Source of the DNA: Octopus sinensis
Taxonomy: Eukaryota
Direction of reading: 5' to 3'
Length of the DNA stretch: 64,000 nucleotides
NCBI RefSeq assembly: GCF_006345805.1
Contig: NC_043009.1
Location: 65,162,001 to 65,226,000 of the forward strand
Part shown: piece by piece, positions 38,660 to 52,549 of the stretch
Position numbering within the stretch: the first letter of the stretch is position 1
Layout of the letters: every line of letters begins with the position of its first letter
Made by a program: the position numbers and the translations under genes
The notes under the pieces: generated by a model
The model's database searches: none
What the model saw: the letters and a program-made list of their open reading frames with translations, nothing else
What the model was told of the DNA's origin: nothing

Positions 38660-38889
38660 ATTTCTTCACTATCCACAAGGGGCTAAACACAGAGGAGACA
38701 AACTAGGGCAAACAGACGGATTAAGTCGATTATATCGACCCCAGTGCGTAACTGGTACTTTATTTATCGACCCCGAAAGGATGAAATGCAAAGTCGACCT
38801 CGGCAGAATTTGAACTCAGAACGTAACGGCAGACGAAATACGGCTACGCATTTCGGCCGGCGTGCTAACGTTTCTGCCAGCACGCCGCC
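38660..38889 (-). mobile_element. SINE family B, full length
   Basis: Reverse-complement homologue of 7763-7998. Confidence 0.85.
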
Positions 38890-39332
38890 ATACAGTCACA
38901 CAGAAACACACACACTCGCACACAAATACATACACACGCATACAAGCGCGCATATACAAACTTTGAAGAAAAATGCATGCACTCACACGCATGTTTACGC
39001 ACGAACCATATTAACAAACACACGTACACAAACCACAAACGCGAAAAACACACACACAGACACATGAAGATATACACGTATACACGTATGCACGCACACA
39101 CACACACACACTCGCGCACAAATCCACAAACACACACGCAACGCGCACACACACATGTTCATAAGTGCAAACGCTTTCACATACAAAACACAAACATACC
39201 TATTCGGAACCACACAGGCGCACACACGAAGCCATACCCTCACAGCAAACGCATACACGCATATACACGAATCCACAAAAGGCTCACATATACACGCAAA
39301 CAGACATACTCAAGTGTTACAAGCATCCATAA

Positions 39333-39488
39333 AAGGAATGGCTCGGTGCTAAGTAGCTTGCTTACTAACCGCATGGTTCCGGGTTCAGTCCCACTGCGTG
39401 ACATCTTCAGCAAGTGTACTCTACTATAGCCTCGCGACCAAAGCCTGGTGAGTGGATTTCGTAGATGGAAACTGAAAGAAGCCTGTCG

Positions 39489-39519
<31 letters not shown>

Positions 39520-39587
39520 ACAATTTAATATGTAACATATATACATACCTACATCCATATGTATATATACATGCATATATGAATATG

Positions 39588-39622
<35 letters not shown>

Positions 39623-39848
39623 GTGCGTGTGAGTGTGTGTGTCTGTGTTTGTCTCCCCAACCGTCACTTGACAACCGATGTTGGTGTGTTTATCTCCCCG
39701 GAACTTAGCGCTCCGGCAAAGCAGACCGATAGAATAAGCACAAGGCTTACAAAGAATAAGTCCTGGGGTTGATTTGTTCTACTAAAGGCGGTGCTCCAGC
39801 ATGGCCGCAGTCAAATGAGTGAAACAAACAAAAGAATAACAGAATAAA
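39333..39848 (+). mobile_element. SINE family A, full length
   Basis: GGTTCCGGGTTCAGTCCCACTGCGTG head and conserved tail. Confidence 0.85.
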
Positions 39849-40469
39849 TGAAAAGCGACAACACACACACATACATACATGCATGCATACATACATACAT
39901 ACATCCATACATACATACATACATATACATACACATTATATATATATACATACACATTATATATATATATATATATTATGTATGTGTTATATATATATAT
40001 ATATATTATATATATATATATATATACATAAAGAATGTATGCAGGAATACACAAAGATATGCATACGCGGAAATGCACACGCACACACATACATGGATAC
40101 ACGTCTACTTATATAAACACTTCCACCGGCAAACGTATACACAGTAACAGAGCGACGCTCATACTTACACACAGACAGACGTTCATATAGGCAAAAACAC
40201 GCACGCACGCAGGCACACACTCATAAAAACACATAATCACACAAACACACACACACATAAACAGGTGCACACTAATAAAAACTACGTCGCTCACAAACAC
40301 ACACATACACAGACACATACACGAATACACAAATTCACAACAGCATATAGTATACACACACACAGATATTCACATATACACATAGCCACATAGATACACT
40401 CATCCGCGCACAAACACATACACACACACACACATGACTGTTTAAATATTTTCTAGTTTTGCAACACAA

Positions 40470-40477
40470 GCATTGGT

Positions 40478-40526
<49 letters not shown>

Positions 40527-40538
40527 CATTAGGTGTGA

Positions 40539-40586
<48 letters not shown>

Positions 40587-40945
40587 CATTAGGTGTGAGT
40601 GTGTGTGTGTGTGTGTGGTGTGTGCGACATTAGGTGTGAGTGTGTGTTTGTGCGTGTGTGTGTGTGTGTGTGCGACATTAGGTGTGAGTGTGTGTTTGTG
40701 CGTGTGTGTGTGTATGTGTGTGTGCGACATTAGGTGTGAGTGTGTGTGTGCGACATTAGGTGTGAGTGTGCGTGTGTGTGTGTGTGTGTGCGACATTAGG
40801 TGTGATGTGTGTTTGTGCGTGTGTGTGTGTGTGTGTGCGACATTAGGTGTGAGTGTGCGTGTGTGTGTGTGTTTGTGTGTGTGTATGTGTGTGTGCGACA
40901 TTAGGTGTGAGTGTGCGAGTGTGTGTGTGTGTGTGTGTGTGTTGT
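40470..40945. repeat. (TG)n array punctuated by nine GCGACATTAGGTGTGA units
   Basis: Nine copies counted between 40522 and 40910, separated by variable (TG)n. Confidence 0.9.
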
Positions 40946-41329
40946 GTGTGTATTGTTAGCATTGCTTAGCCTTAGACAAGTCTTAATCAGGCAGACCTAA
41001 GATCATAGATTTTCCAGCCACGACCATCATGTACCCAGCACTACATATCAATGTGCCTTCTATTCTTTTCTTTTAAAAGATGTGACTGTTATTTCTAGCA
41101 GCTCTGTTTACAACGTACAGGCACTTTTGTTGATTCGCTAGTGCGTGTGTATGCAGTTGATGTATGCTTGCATGTGCGTGTATGCGCGTGTGTGTGTGTG
41201 CGAGCGGATATGAGTGTATGTGTACGTGTGTGTATTCTACTTTACGTTTGTGTGTGTATACGAGTAATATGTCAGCACAGGTGTGAATGTATGCCAGGTA
41301 GTTTCAATTCATCTTCACCGCGTGCCTAT

Positions 41330-41850
41330 CTACCTACCTGCCTACCTACCTACCTACCTACCTACCTACCTACCTTCCTACCTACCTACCAACCTACCTA
41401 CCTACCTACCTGCCTACCTACCTACCTACCTACCTACCTACCTACCTACCTACCTCCATTCCTACCTACCTAACCACCAACCTACCTACCTACCTACCTA
41501 CTACCTACCACCAACCACCCCACCTACCTACCTACCTACCTACCAACCTACCTACCTTCCTACCTACCTACCAACCTACCTACCTACCTACCAACCTACC
41601 TACCTACCTACCTACCTACCTACATACCTACCTACCTACCTACCTACCTACCTACCTACCTACCTACCTACCTACCTACCTACCTACCTACCTACCTACA
41701 TACCTATATACCTACCTACCTACCTACCTACCTACCTACCTACCTACCTACCTACCTACCTACCTACCAACATACCTACCTGCCTGCCTACCTACCTACC
41801 TACCTACCTACCTACCTACCTACATACCTGCCTACCTACCTACCTACATA
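41330..41850. repeat. (CTAC)n tetranucleotide array
   Basis: About 520 bp of CTAC; source of the LPTY ORF. Confidence 0.95.
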
Positions 41851-42004
41851 AATACATACATACATATATATATTCTTTTCTTTTTTTCTTTTATTCTTGT
41901 ATATGTTTCAGTCCAATGACTGTGGCCATGCTGGAGCACCGCCATTGTGATCATCTTTCTACTTTCCACCTTTGTCGGAGTGGCTTTCGCTGAAGGATAG
42001 AGTT

Positions 42005-42054
<50 letters not shown>

Positions 42055-42250
42055 ATAATTTGAACTCCATCTTTCATTTCATGCACACATACACGCACAC
42101 ACACCACACAAACACACACACACACACACACCACACACACACACACACACAACACACACACATATGCTCAATATATGCGTTTTGCTTGTTCGCCGGTTCA
42201 CCGTGCTGACTAAAGGACTAATAGTGACGCACAACCATGCTTTTTTATTA

Positions 42251-42307
<57 letters not shown>

Positions 42308-42977
42308 TCAGATCTCCTCCACTAGGCAGTTCCTTAAACGATTTCCCATCTGGTCACTTATATCGCTTATTTGCTTGGATCAATTTTTGTCATGACTTTT
42401 GTGTGTCTCTGGTGTTATGTCTGCCTCACCGCAGATCCTGATGATCCGTTCGTCTGTCTTATCCTATTATATGAAGAAGAATTATTAATAGAGCGATGCT
42501 GCAAACCTCTGGATCGCAGACTGACATTTCATTAGGATCAGAACACTAACCTAAAAAGCAGAAAGGAATTGGCAACTTGGAAATCCATTTCGCTATCTCT
42601 AAGCTGTAAAATATGTAGTCCAGTGTTTCCGCCTCCCAAACGATCAATTAAATGATAAATCAGCCTGTTATACGGTAGAATTACGATCTACAAAGTGCAA
42701 ACATCCCAGGCTGGGCTGCTAAGTTTATACAGAGGCAGTGTGGGGGTAGGGGTCACTTCCACTTTTCTTTATAATGAACAGAAATATTGTAAAGTTGGCT
42801 TACATGAAATAGTATATACTTTGTATTATATACACACACATATGCATTCATGCATTCACACTATATATGTGTGTGTGTGTGTATGTACGTATGTATCTCT
42901 CTCTCTCTCTCTTCTCTCTCTCTCCATCTCTCTTCTCTCTCTCATCTCTATATATATATATATATTATATATATTAT

Positions 42978-43008
<31 letters not shown>

Positions 43009-43457
43009 TTCAATACGGAGCAAATAATTCACGAAAAAGTAATTTGCGAAGATATCATTGACTCTGTTATTATCTAGTGTAACAATTTTAAAATGATAAT
43101 AACAGAATCAATAATATAGGGGATTACAGGCTCCAAAAAGCATTAAATAACTGAAGGATTAAAATTAATCAAAGGATATACGAAGTATGTCTACTTGCTG
43201 GAAATAACAGTCAAAACGCTTATTTAAATCATCCAAAATACAGTGATAATAACCACAGAAATCTACCTGATTAATATATATATATATATATAAATTTAAC
43301 AATTAAATGTGAAATCACGGGTGATACAGAACTAAATTCATTTTTTAAATGTCTTGCTTTGAAGAACTGCATTAGGTATGATTAGTGTAATTTTGGTAGT
43401 AATGACCTATGTCCCTCTTAGTGTGAGGCATTTATGTGTAATAATGCCCTCTATACA

Positions 43458-43518
<61 letters not shown>

Positions 43519-43537
43519 ATTATGATATATATATATA

Positions 43538-43572
<35 letters not shown>

Positions 43573-43739
43573 TAAGAGGGATGTTATGTAATATAATTTT
43601 TCTGAATCTTCACATTTTCAATATGCTAGGCCACTGGTTTTAAATTGATATAATCAAATTTAATATTCAATTTTACATCCTTATTATTTTCAATTTATAT
43701 TTATGTATCAAGTACATTATGAATACATTCTTTTCTATT

Positions 43740-44030
43740 GTAGGCACAAGGCTTGAAATTTGTGGGGAATCGGAATGGTCCGTTTCCTCAACCCCAATAC
43801 TCAATTGCTGCTTATTTTACCAATCTCCAAAAGGACGACAGGCAAAGTCGAACTCGGTGGCCCGGCCGTGGCACCGCATTGAAGAATTTTAGTCAAACGA
43901 ATCGTCCCCAGTACTTATTCTTTTAAAGCCTGGTACTTGTATCGTTCTCTTTGGCCGAATAGCTAGGTTACAAGAACGTAAACATACCAAGACCGGTTGT
44001 CAAGTTGTGGCGGGGATAAGCACAGACACA
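43740..44030 (-). mobile_element. Adjacent degenerate SINE fragments (family B tail, family A tail)
   Basis: GGCAAAGTCGAACTCGG and GGCCGTGGCACCGC..CCAGTACTTATTC motifs. Confidence 0.6.
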
Positions 44031-45021
44031 CCCTAACCCAAATTCATAAAAATATAAAATAAACGCACAATATATGGATTTAACTAATCCAGTGTAACTC
44101 ACAAAAAGTCTCCTTTAGTGGATCAGGTTTCAAACCACTTAGAAGACTAAAGCAAAGCGGTGTAAGTTGTAGTCCTATGCAGCTGAGATCTAGCAAATCC
44201 TGATTATCTCACCAGGAGTATATAAAATATTAAGAAAGAGAGGAGGTACGAGATGAATATATTCATTTCATCAGTTGATATCCATATGATTACGATCGTT
44301 TCGCAGCCATTATCATAGAAAAATAATTTATTTTAATGCATAATAAATTATTTTAAATGTCTGTGTTAGTGTATATGTTATGAATTATATTGTACTAGTG
44401 TACAATATATAAGGTTATTCAAGTACAGAATGCTTGCTCTTCAAATCAAAGAATACCATGATTACATCATTCATCAACTCAATATTTACATACAAAAATT
44501 GGAAGACATCTCTGAATATAATTTATGTATGGAAGATAATACAATAATTAATAAATAAGAAAACAGTTTTTTTTTTGTATAGGAGGGTGGAGGGAGATTT
44601 AGTAAGATATTAGAAAGTAAACTGCGGGTTGTAGTGGCGGAAGAAAAGATCTTATATTACGTGATATATAGAGAGGGTCATGAGAGAGGATTTTGTAGAT
44701 ATTGTCTTTATGAAATACTAGCATTATGATCTGGCGTTGCGTACAATATATTTTTATATGATGTTTATATATTTATATATTACTATATATTTCTAAACAT
44801 CGGGCTTTATGTATGTTCTGTAGATATAAATGAATATATGAATATATGTATGTGTTTGATCTTTGTGTGGATTTTGTAGTGCTCTTGTAGTTGCTGCTCG
44901 CATTGCCTCCCCTCGGATTAAAAAGTGTATACAGCTCATTTGAGCACAAATATTCCAGACTGTTTATATATTTTGCGCGTTGTTGTCACTAACGATCTCA
45001 GATTATAACTTTATATATGTA

Positions 45022-45069
<48 letters not shown>

Positions 45070-45224
45070 TATATATGTGTGTGTGGTGTGTGTGTGTGGG
45101 TTGTGTAGATAGATAGATAGATAGATAGATAGATATACATCCATATACATACAATAGAGAGATAATTTTGTTTCACTTTTAACACGTAATACTGAAATAG
45201 GGGAGAAGATATGATATTGCTGTG

Positions 45225-45392
45225 GGTTCGCTCTAGGCAAACAGTTAAATTTTTTTGTTGATGACACTCCCCGGACCCTACGTAAGGCATGTGTAAAATT
45301 TGAATGAAATTGGTTGTGTAGTTCTCAAGTTTTAGGGAAACACACAGACAGACAGACAGACACACATTCTCAGTTTTATATATATAGAGATA
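45225..45392 (+). mobile_element. Possible HINE/Helentron-like 3' end
   Basis: GTAAAATTTGAATGAAATTGG...(GACA)n...CAGTTTTATATATATAGAGAT terminus typical of these elements (recalled). Confidence 0.35.
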
Positions 45393-46084
45393 GGGATTAA
45401 TATCAATGAGAAATAAAATGAACGTGAAATTTTAGAATGAGAAAAAGAAGACAGGGTCATAGCAATATAGGTTAGTATGGCCTACGGGAGGACATTGAAC
45501 TTAATAAGGTAAACAAATAGGAAAAATAATGGGATGCATTATGGATGCATTAGTCAAAAATAATGGGGTGCATTATGTGGTGTATTAATCAAGATAGTGT
45601 TTAGAAATATGTAATAAATAGTATAAGAGAGCTAGATAAATACTAAAGGATGTACTTAGATAATTTATAATTATCGTTAGTATCGAAAATAGAGTTAAGA
45701 TTTAAAACATCACTCTACCTCTAAGTGGTCGAACTGGTATAACCATGATATTCTTTGATCTGAAAAGCAAGCCTTATTTACCTGTATTACCTTATTCATT
45801 GTAAAGCAGTACTATATGATTTATAGCTCATACGCTAATACAGGCATATAAAATAATTGATTATATACTGAAATAATTATTTTGTCTATGATGATATTGA
45901 CTACGAAACGATCGTAATCATGTGGATACCAAATAAATATTTTCGTCTCAGTTCTCCCCTTTTTTTTTATACACTCACACACGCAAACACACATACACAC
46001 ACACACACATGCACACATGGACACATACTCAAACACGCGCGCTCGCATAGACACAGACACACAGACACACACACACACACATAC

Positions 46085-46240
46085 TTATTAGGAGCGTCTT
46101 TCAGTTTCCATCTACCAAATCCACTCACAGGATTTTGGTTCGTTTGAGTCTCCAATAGAAGACACTTGCTCAAGGTGAGGGAGGTTGGAGTGAACCAGGA
46201 ACTATGTGGTTGGGAATCGAACTTCTCAGCACACAGCAAC
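46085..46240 (-). mobile_element. SINE family A, 5' fragment
   Basis: TCTTTCAGTTTCCATCTACCAAATCCACTCACA...AGAAGACACTTGC. Confidence 0.65.
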
Positions 46241-46764
46241 ATCATGGGGGAAATCCATTGCCTTGATCGATCTGCATGGCATAAGAGGCCTCTCATGATG
46301 CATCGAAAAGAATTTCAATAGAAGAAATAGAAAAAAATAAAAGCATCATATCCTGCAATCAACAGAGTGACCCCATAGCAAAATCCATTCCTGGACCCAA
46401 ATTACTTTCACGCAGCCATGCCAAAGAGAGGCAGCTTCTTTTATTTATTTCTAAAGCTGCTCTTTCGTTGTCTCACATTTTCCCTTTCTCTCCCTTTCTC
46501 TCTTTTTCTTTAAAACACTTTCTTCAAACACTCATCCATGGAAATCAAACGGGAGTGGCCGTCATATATACATTCATCCATACGTCCAATCATACAAGTA
46601 AAATCTACCTACATGGAGTTTGGGTGAGAATAGGTAACAGCTTGTGTTGTTGTTTATGTGTGTGATATATGCTATGTAAATCTCAGAGTTTCATATGTCA
46701 TGTAAGTCAAATAAAGAATTCGTAACAACGCACCACCACCACCTCCACCAAAACTACTACTGCT

Positions 46765-46768
46765 AGTA

Positions 46769-46807
<39 letters not shown>

Positions 46808-46808
46808 C

Positions 46809-46841
<33 letters not shown>

Positions 46842-46850
46842 TGTTGTAGT
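46765..46850. repeat. (TAG)n microsatellite
   Basis: Trinucleotide run. Confidence 0.9.
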
Positions 46851-48357
46851 AAATATTGAGTGTCATTTCCCTTACAGCTATTGTCATTGATGCTGTATGT
46901 GTTTTTAAATGACAGAAATTTTAAATATTTGAAAATTCTTTGTATTTAACATATCAAAATACAAAAATATAGTCACTCATTCTTTACATAAGCGCACGTT
47001 CGCATACACAACGATACAGATACAGATATGCACATGTATGCATACGCATTTATGTATATATAAATATGTATAGACACAGGTATATAGATATATACGTGCA
47101 AACCGCACACACATACACATATATATGCATATAAGTATGTATATATTCATATATATATGTGTATATATATATACACACACACACATATATATATGTATAT
47201 ATACATATATATACGTATATATACACACATATATATGTATATAAAAACTAAAGAGTAAAAAGTATATATATATACATACATATAAGTATGTATATATACA
47301 CATATATAGTATATATGCATATATTTTCAATATATATATACGTATATATTCATATAAACCAATTTTACAATATAAGTGTATATACAATTTTCAAATATGT
47401 ATATATACATATATATGCTTATATAAATATATATCAATACACACGCGCACACAAACATACTATATATCATTTACTATTTATGATTTAATTGAACGCCGCA
47501 CATCCATTTCCAAGTAAGTTTATCTTCACTTTTTTGATGCGACTCTCTTCTCTATACTGTTTTCCTTCACCCTTCTCTAATTCCCTTTTCCTCCCCTCCC
47601 TCCTACACCGTCTTCTATCTGTCTCTTTCGCCCCTTTTCTCTTTTTTCGCTCTCTCCCGTTGTTCTCAGGTGACCATCGTCCATCTTTCTTTTCCTGCGC
47701 GGATGTTCAAAAGAGCGGAGTTTTTTTCTCTCCCTTCTCTCGTTTCTCTTTTCAAAAATGTTTCTCACAGCGTTCACTATTTCCCTCTTGCTTTGGTCTT
47801 TGGTTCGTTTTCCTTATATTTCTCCACTGTCATGTTTATCTTTCTTAACTTTGGCCCTCCATAAATCTAAATGACGTCGAGTACCCATATATGCATATAT
47901 ATATATGTATATATATAATATATATATATAATATATAATATATATATATATGTAGGTCCGGGGATTCGGGGTTAACCACAGTAATAAGGTACTCAATACA
48001 TAGCAGAGTAAAAATTAATTTATTATATAGAAGGAGCGTACTACAGACAGAACTGTTTTTCATTCAAGAGAAATCTTCAGGAAGCTAGTTAACAAGAATG
48101 TATTGGCATTTATACATTTAGCAGGTTAAAGGGGTGTTGGTGGGGACTTTGGGGGGTAGGCATAGCGCAAAAAATCATACTGGGGGAGTGGTCAAGGAGT
48201 CAGTGTAAAATTAGATAGGAGAAAAAATAAAAAATAAAAAATAAAATAAAAAATAAAAAATAAAAAATAAAAAAAAAAAATGAAAAATAGAAAATAAAAA
48301 ATAAAAAAAAATAAAAAATAAAAAAAAAAAAAAAAAAAAATAAAAAAATAATAATAA

Positions 48358-48410
<53 letters not shown>

Positions 48411-49013
48411 GGGGGAATAGAGTTAGTTTTGGTAAATAAGGAGATTCTCACTTATACCTCTACACATACACACATATATACACTCACACATACATATACA
48501 TATCTACACATACACATATATATGTATACATACACATACATATATTTAGAATAAGGTAGTCAGAATGTTGGATATATATATATTCTTATTTATTTACAGC
48601 TTATACTTTTAGCGTTTTCTTTCGTTATCGGATTTATCAAAAATGGTTTAAAGTTAGATTTCTTGGCCATTTTATATATAAAGAATTTTCTGGGGTTTGC
48701 CAAGCAAGGGAGAAGAAGGAAAAACACATTTTTGAGAAGGAGCGGGAGGTAAAAAGGGAAGGTAAGAATTGGTCAAGGTTTTAATTAAAAAAAAACAAAT
48801 GTTGTTTTTGACTTTCTTCAGTAAAAATTTTAATTGCATTTCCAGGACTTGGTCTTTTGTGTTCATTAAAGAATAGTAGTATGGATGTAGTTATCTTTTT
48901 CTGATTGAAAACTCTAGATGTTTTCGAAAGAGTAATTTTTGAGTTCACTATACATTCACAGTGCAATTTTATATATATATGCATACCTATACATATATAC
49001 ATACACACATACG

Positions 49014-49118
<105 letters not shown>

Positions 49119-49300
49119 CACACACTTACATATACATACATATATAATATATACACATGCAATTTCTTTTTCTTTTTTTTATATACACATGCATATATAC
49201 ATACATATATATATATATGTATACTCACACACACACTCAAAGATATCTATACATATACATGTTCATGTTTGTGCACAGATACACACACCACACGTACATA

Positions 49301-49712
49301 TACTCTTTACTCTTTTACTCTTTTACTTGTTTCAGTCATTTGACTGCAGCCATGCTGGAGCACCGCCTTTAGTCGAGCAAATCGACTCCGGGACTTATTC
49401 TTTGTAAGCCCAGTACTTATTCTATCAGTCTCTTTTGCCGAACCGCTAAGTGACGGGGACGTAAACACACCAGCATCGGTTGTCAAGGAAAGCTAGGGGA
49501 ACAAACACAGACACACAAACACACACACACATATATATACATATATACGACAGGCTTCTTTCAGTTTCCGTCTACCAAATCCACTCACAAGGCATTGGTG
49601 GGCCCGGGGCTATAGCAGAAGACACTTGCCCAAGATGCCACGCAGTGGGACTGAACCCAGGACCATGTGGTTGTTTAGCAAGCTACTTACCACACAGCAA
49701 CTCCTGCGCCTA
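49301..49712 (-). mobile_element. SINE family A, full length
   Basis: Complete copy closely similar to 11377-11779. Confidence 0.9.
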
Positions 49713-50179
49713 TGTATATGTACACACGATTTTATTTTCAAATAATTAATTAACATGATTAAAGATTCGTCTCTGTGGTTAAATAAATTTGGAATGTTTT
49801 GGTCATTTTAGCCACAACTCTTGACTTTTGACCCAGTATTTGTCCTTCAGACTGCAAAATGAAATTTTTAAAGGAAAAGCAATACACAATGCTATCACGA
49901 TTATATTTCCAAATTCATCTATTTCTGGCTGGTTGTTGTGTTTTGAATATATTTTAAAGCTCCAACCTAGAATTTTCTAAAGGAGAAATATAGCCAAGTA
50001 TAGAAGAGGGAAAGCAGGTGCTCTTATAGAATTTCGGATTCTGGAATGTTTTACAAGGACCAACAACAATGTGGTAAAAATGTTTTAGCAATGGTTTGAG
50101 AATTTCTGTAACATATATACAATTAAATTCTTATAGAATTCTCAAAGGTGGAATTTCAAAAAAATGTATAGTTACGTCA

Positions 50180-50673
50180 ATTTTTGTTGAGAACCTTTTT
50201 TGTGAAGTAAAGTTCCGTTATCTTTCGGAACTTTGACTTTTCCTTCACATATTTCCAAACGTCTCCTCTTTTCAAGCGTTTAACTTTGCAGCTACACTTC
50301 TTTATGAAATGTAGTTCCATTGTTTTACGAAAGTCTGGGCCGTTCCTTGAGCTTCTGTAGAAGGGGAAGATTCTGAATCTATCTTCTCCACATTTTTCCA
50401 AATGTTTGCTCAATCGAATTTTCAGTAGTTCTTCTTGTAGGATGTGCTGTCTGTGGATTCTTGCGCATTGGCAAAGGGAATTATTGGTTTCGCCAATATA
50501 ATTCTCCTTGCATTTGGGGCAAGTTGCGCAGTTTATGAGGTTTTTTGCGTCTTGCAGTTGATATTTGTATTTACTTTGAATAAGAATCCGCTCTTAAATT
50601 TTATGTAGGTGTCTCCGTTTATGTTCCTGCATATTTCGCATTTGCTGTCTCCACATTCCTTTGCTTTTGTAAC
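50180..50673 (-). mobile_element. Penelope-like element GIY-YIG endonuclease fragment
   Basis: KECGDSKCEICRNI..F.VNTNINCKTQ/NLINCATCPKCKENYIGET..L..RIHRQHI..SKHLEKC..FRIFPFY: CCHH-linked GIY-YIG of PLEs; one frameshift. Confidence 0.85.
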
Positions 50674-50754
50674 TTGTTTTTAAAGGTTTTTTTCTTGGCT
50701 TTTACTATATCACATGTAGCTTTTGTCTATCAATTTTATCATTTTGGGGCTCTC

Positions 50755-50788
<34 letters not shown>

Positions 50789-50852
50789 CTAAACAAAAAG
50801 TGACAACAAAGTCAAGGCTGTATGGAATTTTCAGGACATTTATAAAGAGAAA

Positions 50853-50900
50853 GTCTTACAGCTGTTTCTGGGATATTAGGGATTTCCCTTCATCAGAGAC
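50853..50900 (-). ncRNA. Type I hammerhead with canonical core, upstream of the PLE endonuclease fragment
   Basis: Minus strand GTCT CTGATGA A GGGA aatccctaata TCCC A GAA ACAGCTGT A AGAC; palindromic stem III, GUA site. Confidence 0.7.
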
Positions 50901-51109
50901 GATGTGAGACGGCGAAATAGAGGGAAATAGTAGAGATCAATATAAGGAGTTATTTTGGAAAAAGATAGAAATAAGAAGTATAAAAAGGGAATATATATAT
51001 ATAAATGGTGGGGAGGGGATGTATATTTGTGTCTACGTTTGACCCCCCCACCACCACCACCATCACCACCACCACCACCACCACCACCACCACCACCACC
51101 ACCAGTGTT

Positions 51110-51290
51110 TGAGAATCAGTATTGGTGTGTTTACGAACCCGTAGTTTAGCGGTTCGGACAAAGGTACCGATAGAATAATTGCCAACTTACCAAACAAATG
51201 ACTACTGGAGTCGATTCGTTGGACTAGAATTCCTCAAAGCTCTATCCCAGCATGGCCGCAGTCTAATGGATGAATAAAAATTGTAAAAGG
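51110..51290 (+). mobile_element. SINE family A, degenerate 3' part
   Basis: TTTAGCGGTTCGG..CCGATAGAATAA..CCAGCATGGCCGCAGTC. Confidence 0.7.
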
Positions 51291-51825
51291 TGCGATTGTA
51301 TGCATTTCGGTATGCGTACCTTTGATGGAACTGCTCCTTTCTATTTCGAAATACGTGTAAATATATTTGTAGATTTATATGGATAGAGCTGTATTTACAC
51401 ACCCCTACCACACACATGTATATATATGTATATATATCTATATGGATGTATGTATATGTTTATGTACAGCATATATGTATGTATAATATACATATATGTA
51501 TATATATATATGCATATATACCTATATATATGTATACGAATGCATATGTGTATATATATGAATGTATATGCATTTATATATGTATGTACGTGTGTATATA
51601 TATATATATATGTTTATGTATGTATGTATGAATATATACATATATATGTATATGTAAATGTATATATATATATATATGCACGAACATTTATATAGGCATA
51701 TACGTCTGTATATGTATATATGAATATATACATATAATATATATACACACACACACACACAATTATGTATATATATGTATGTATATACATGTGTATATAT
51801 ATATGTATGTATGTATATATGCATA

Positions 51826-52513
51826 CATATATATATCTGTATATGTATGTATGTATATGCATGTGTGTTGTGTATATATATATGCATGTATAGTGTATGA
51901 TAATGTCTGTGGTTGTTTATTATTTATATATTTGTCATGTATATAATACGTGATATATGTGTATGCCTGCGTTTTGTATGTGTGTATGTGGATGTTTGTG
52001 CGGTTTGTGTGTGTGTGTGTGTGTGTGTAAGGACATTGATAAAGATTTTAAATGCGAACTGAAGCAATAACGAATGATTCTCTCTCCATATCTATACAGA
52101 GCGAGCGAGGGATACTCTTAGACAGAATATTCAATAACATGCGCGTGTGCACGCACACACACACGCACGCTCACTCACTCACTCACACATTCACAAACGC
52201 ACACATTAACACATTCATATACAACGCGCACGCACGTACACTTGCTTACGCTCGCACACACACACAGGTGCGTGAGTGTGTCCACTTGATGTATATGTAT
52301 ATTTGGAACAGTATTGTTCTATGTGATACGGTGTATTCGTTTATACATACATTTATAATATTCATGGATCTATATGCATGAATATATATATACATACAAA
52401 CATACATACATACATATATTTATAGATATATATCTATATATATGTATGTATACACATACATACATATAGATCCATGAATATTATATATGTATATATATAT
52501 ATGAATACTCTAT

Positions 52514-52549
<36 letters not shown>

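Noticed and set aside
40470-40945. CRISPR-like appearance (constant repeat with variable spacers)
   Set aside because: Spacers are just (TG)n of variable length, the repeat is 16 bp and non-palindromic, there are no cas genes, and the context is eukaryotic.
44280-45925. Two related motifs CGAAACGATCGTAATCAT (44285-44305 minus, 45904-45921 plus) with palindromic ACGATCGT and a GUA site
   Set aside because: No intact CUGANGA in register with stem I in either copy; may be decayed hammerheads but cannot be supported.
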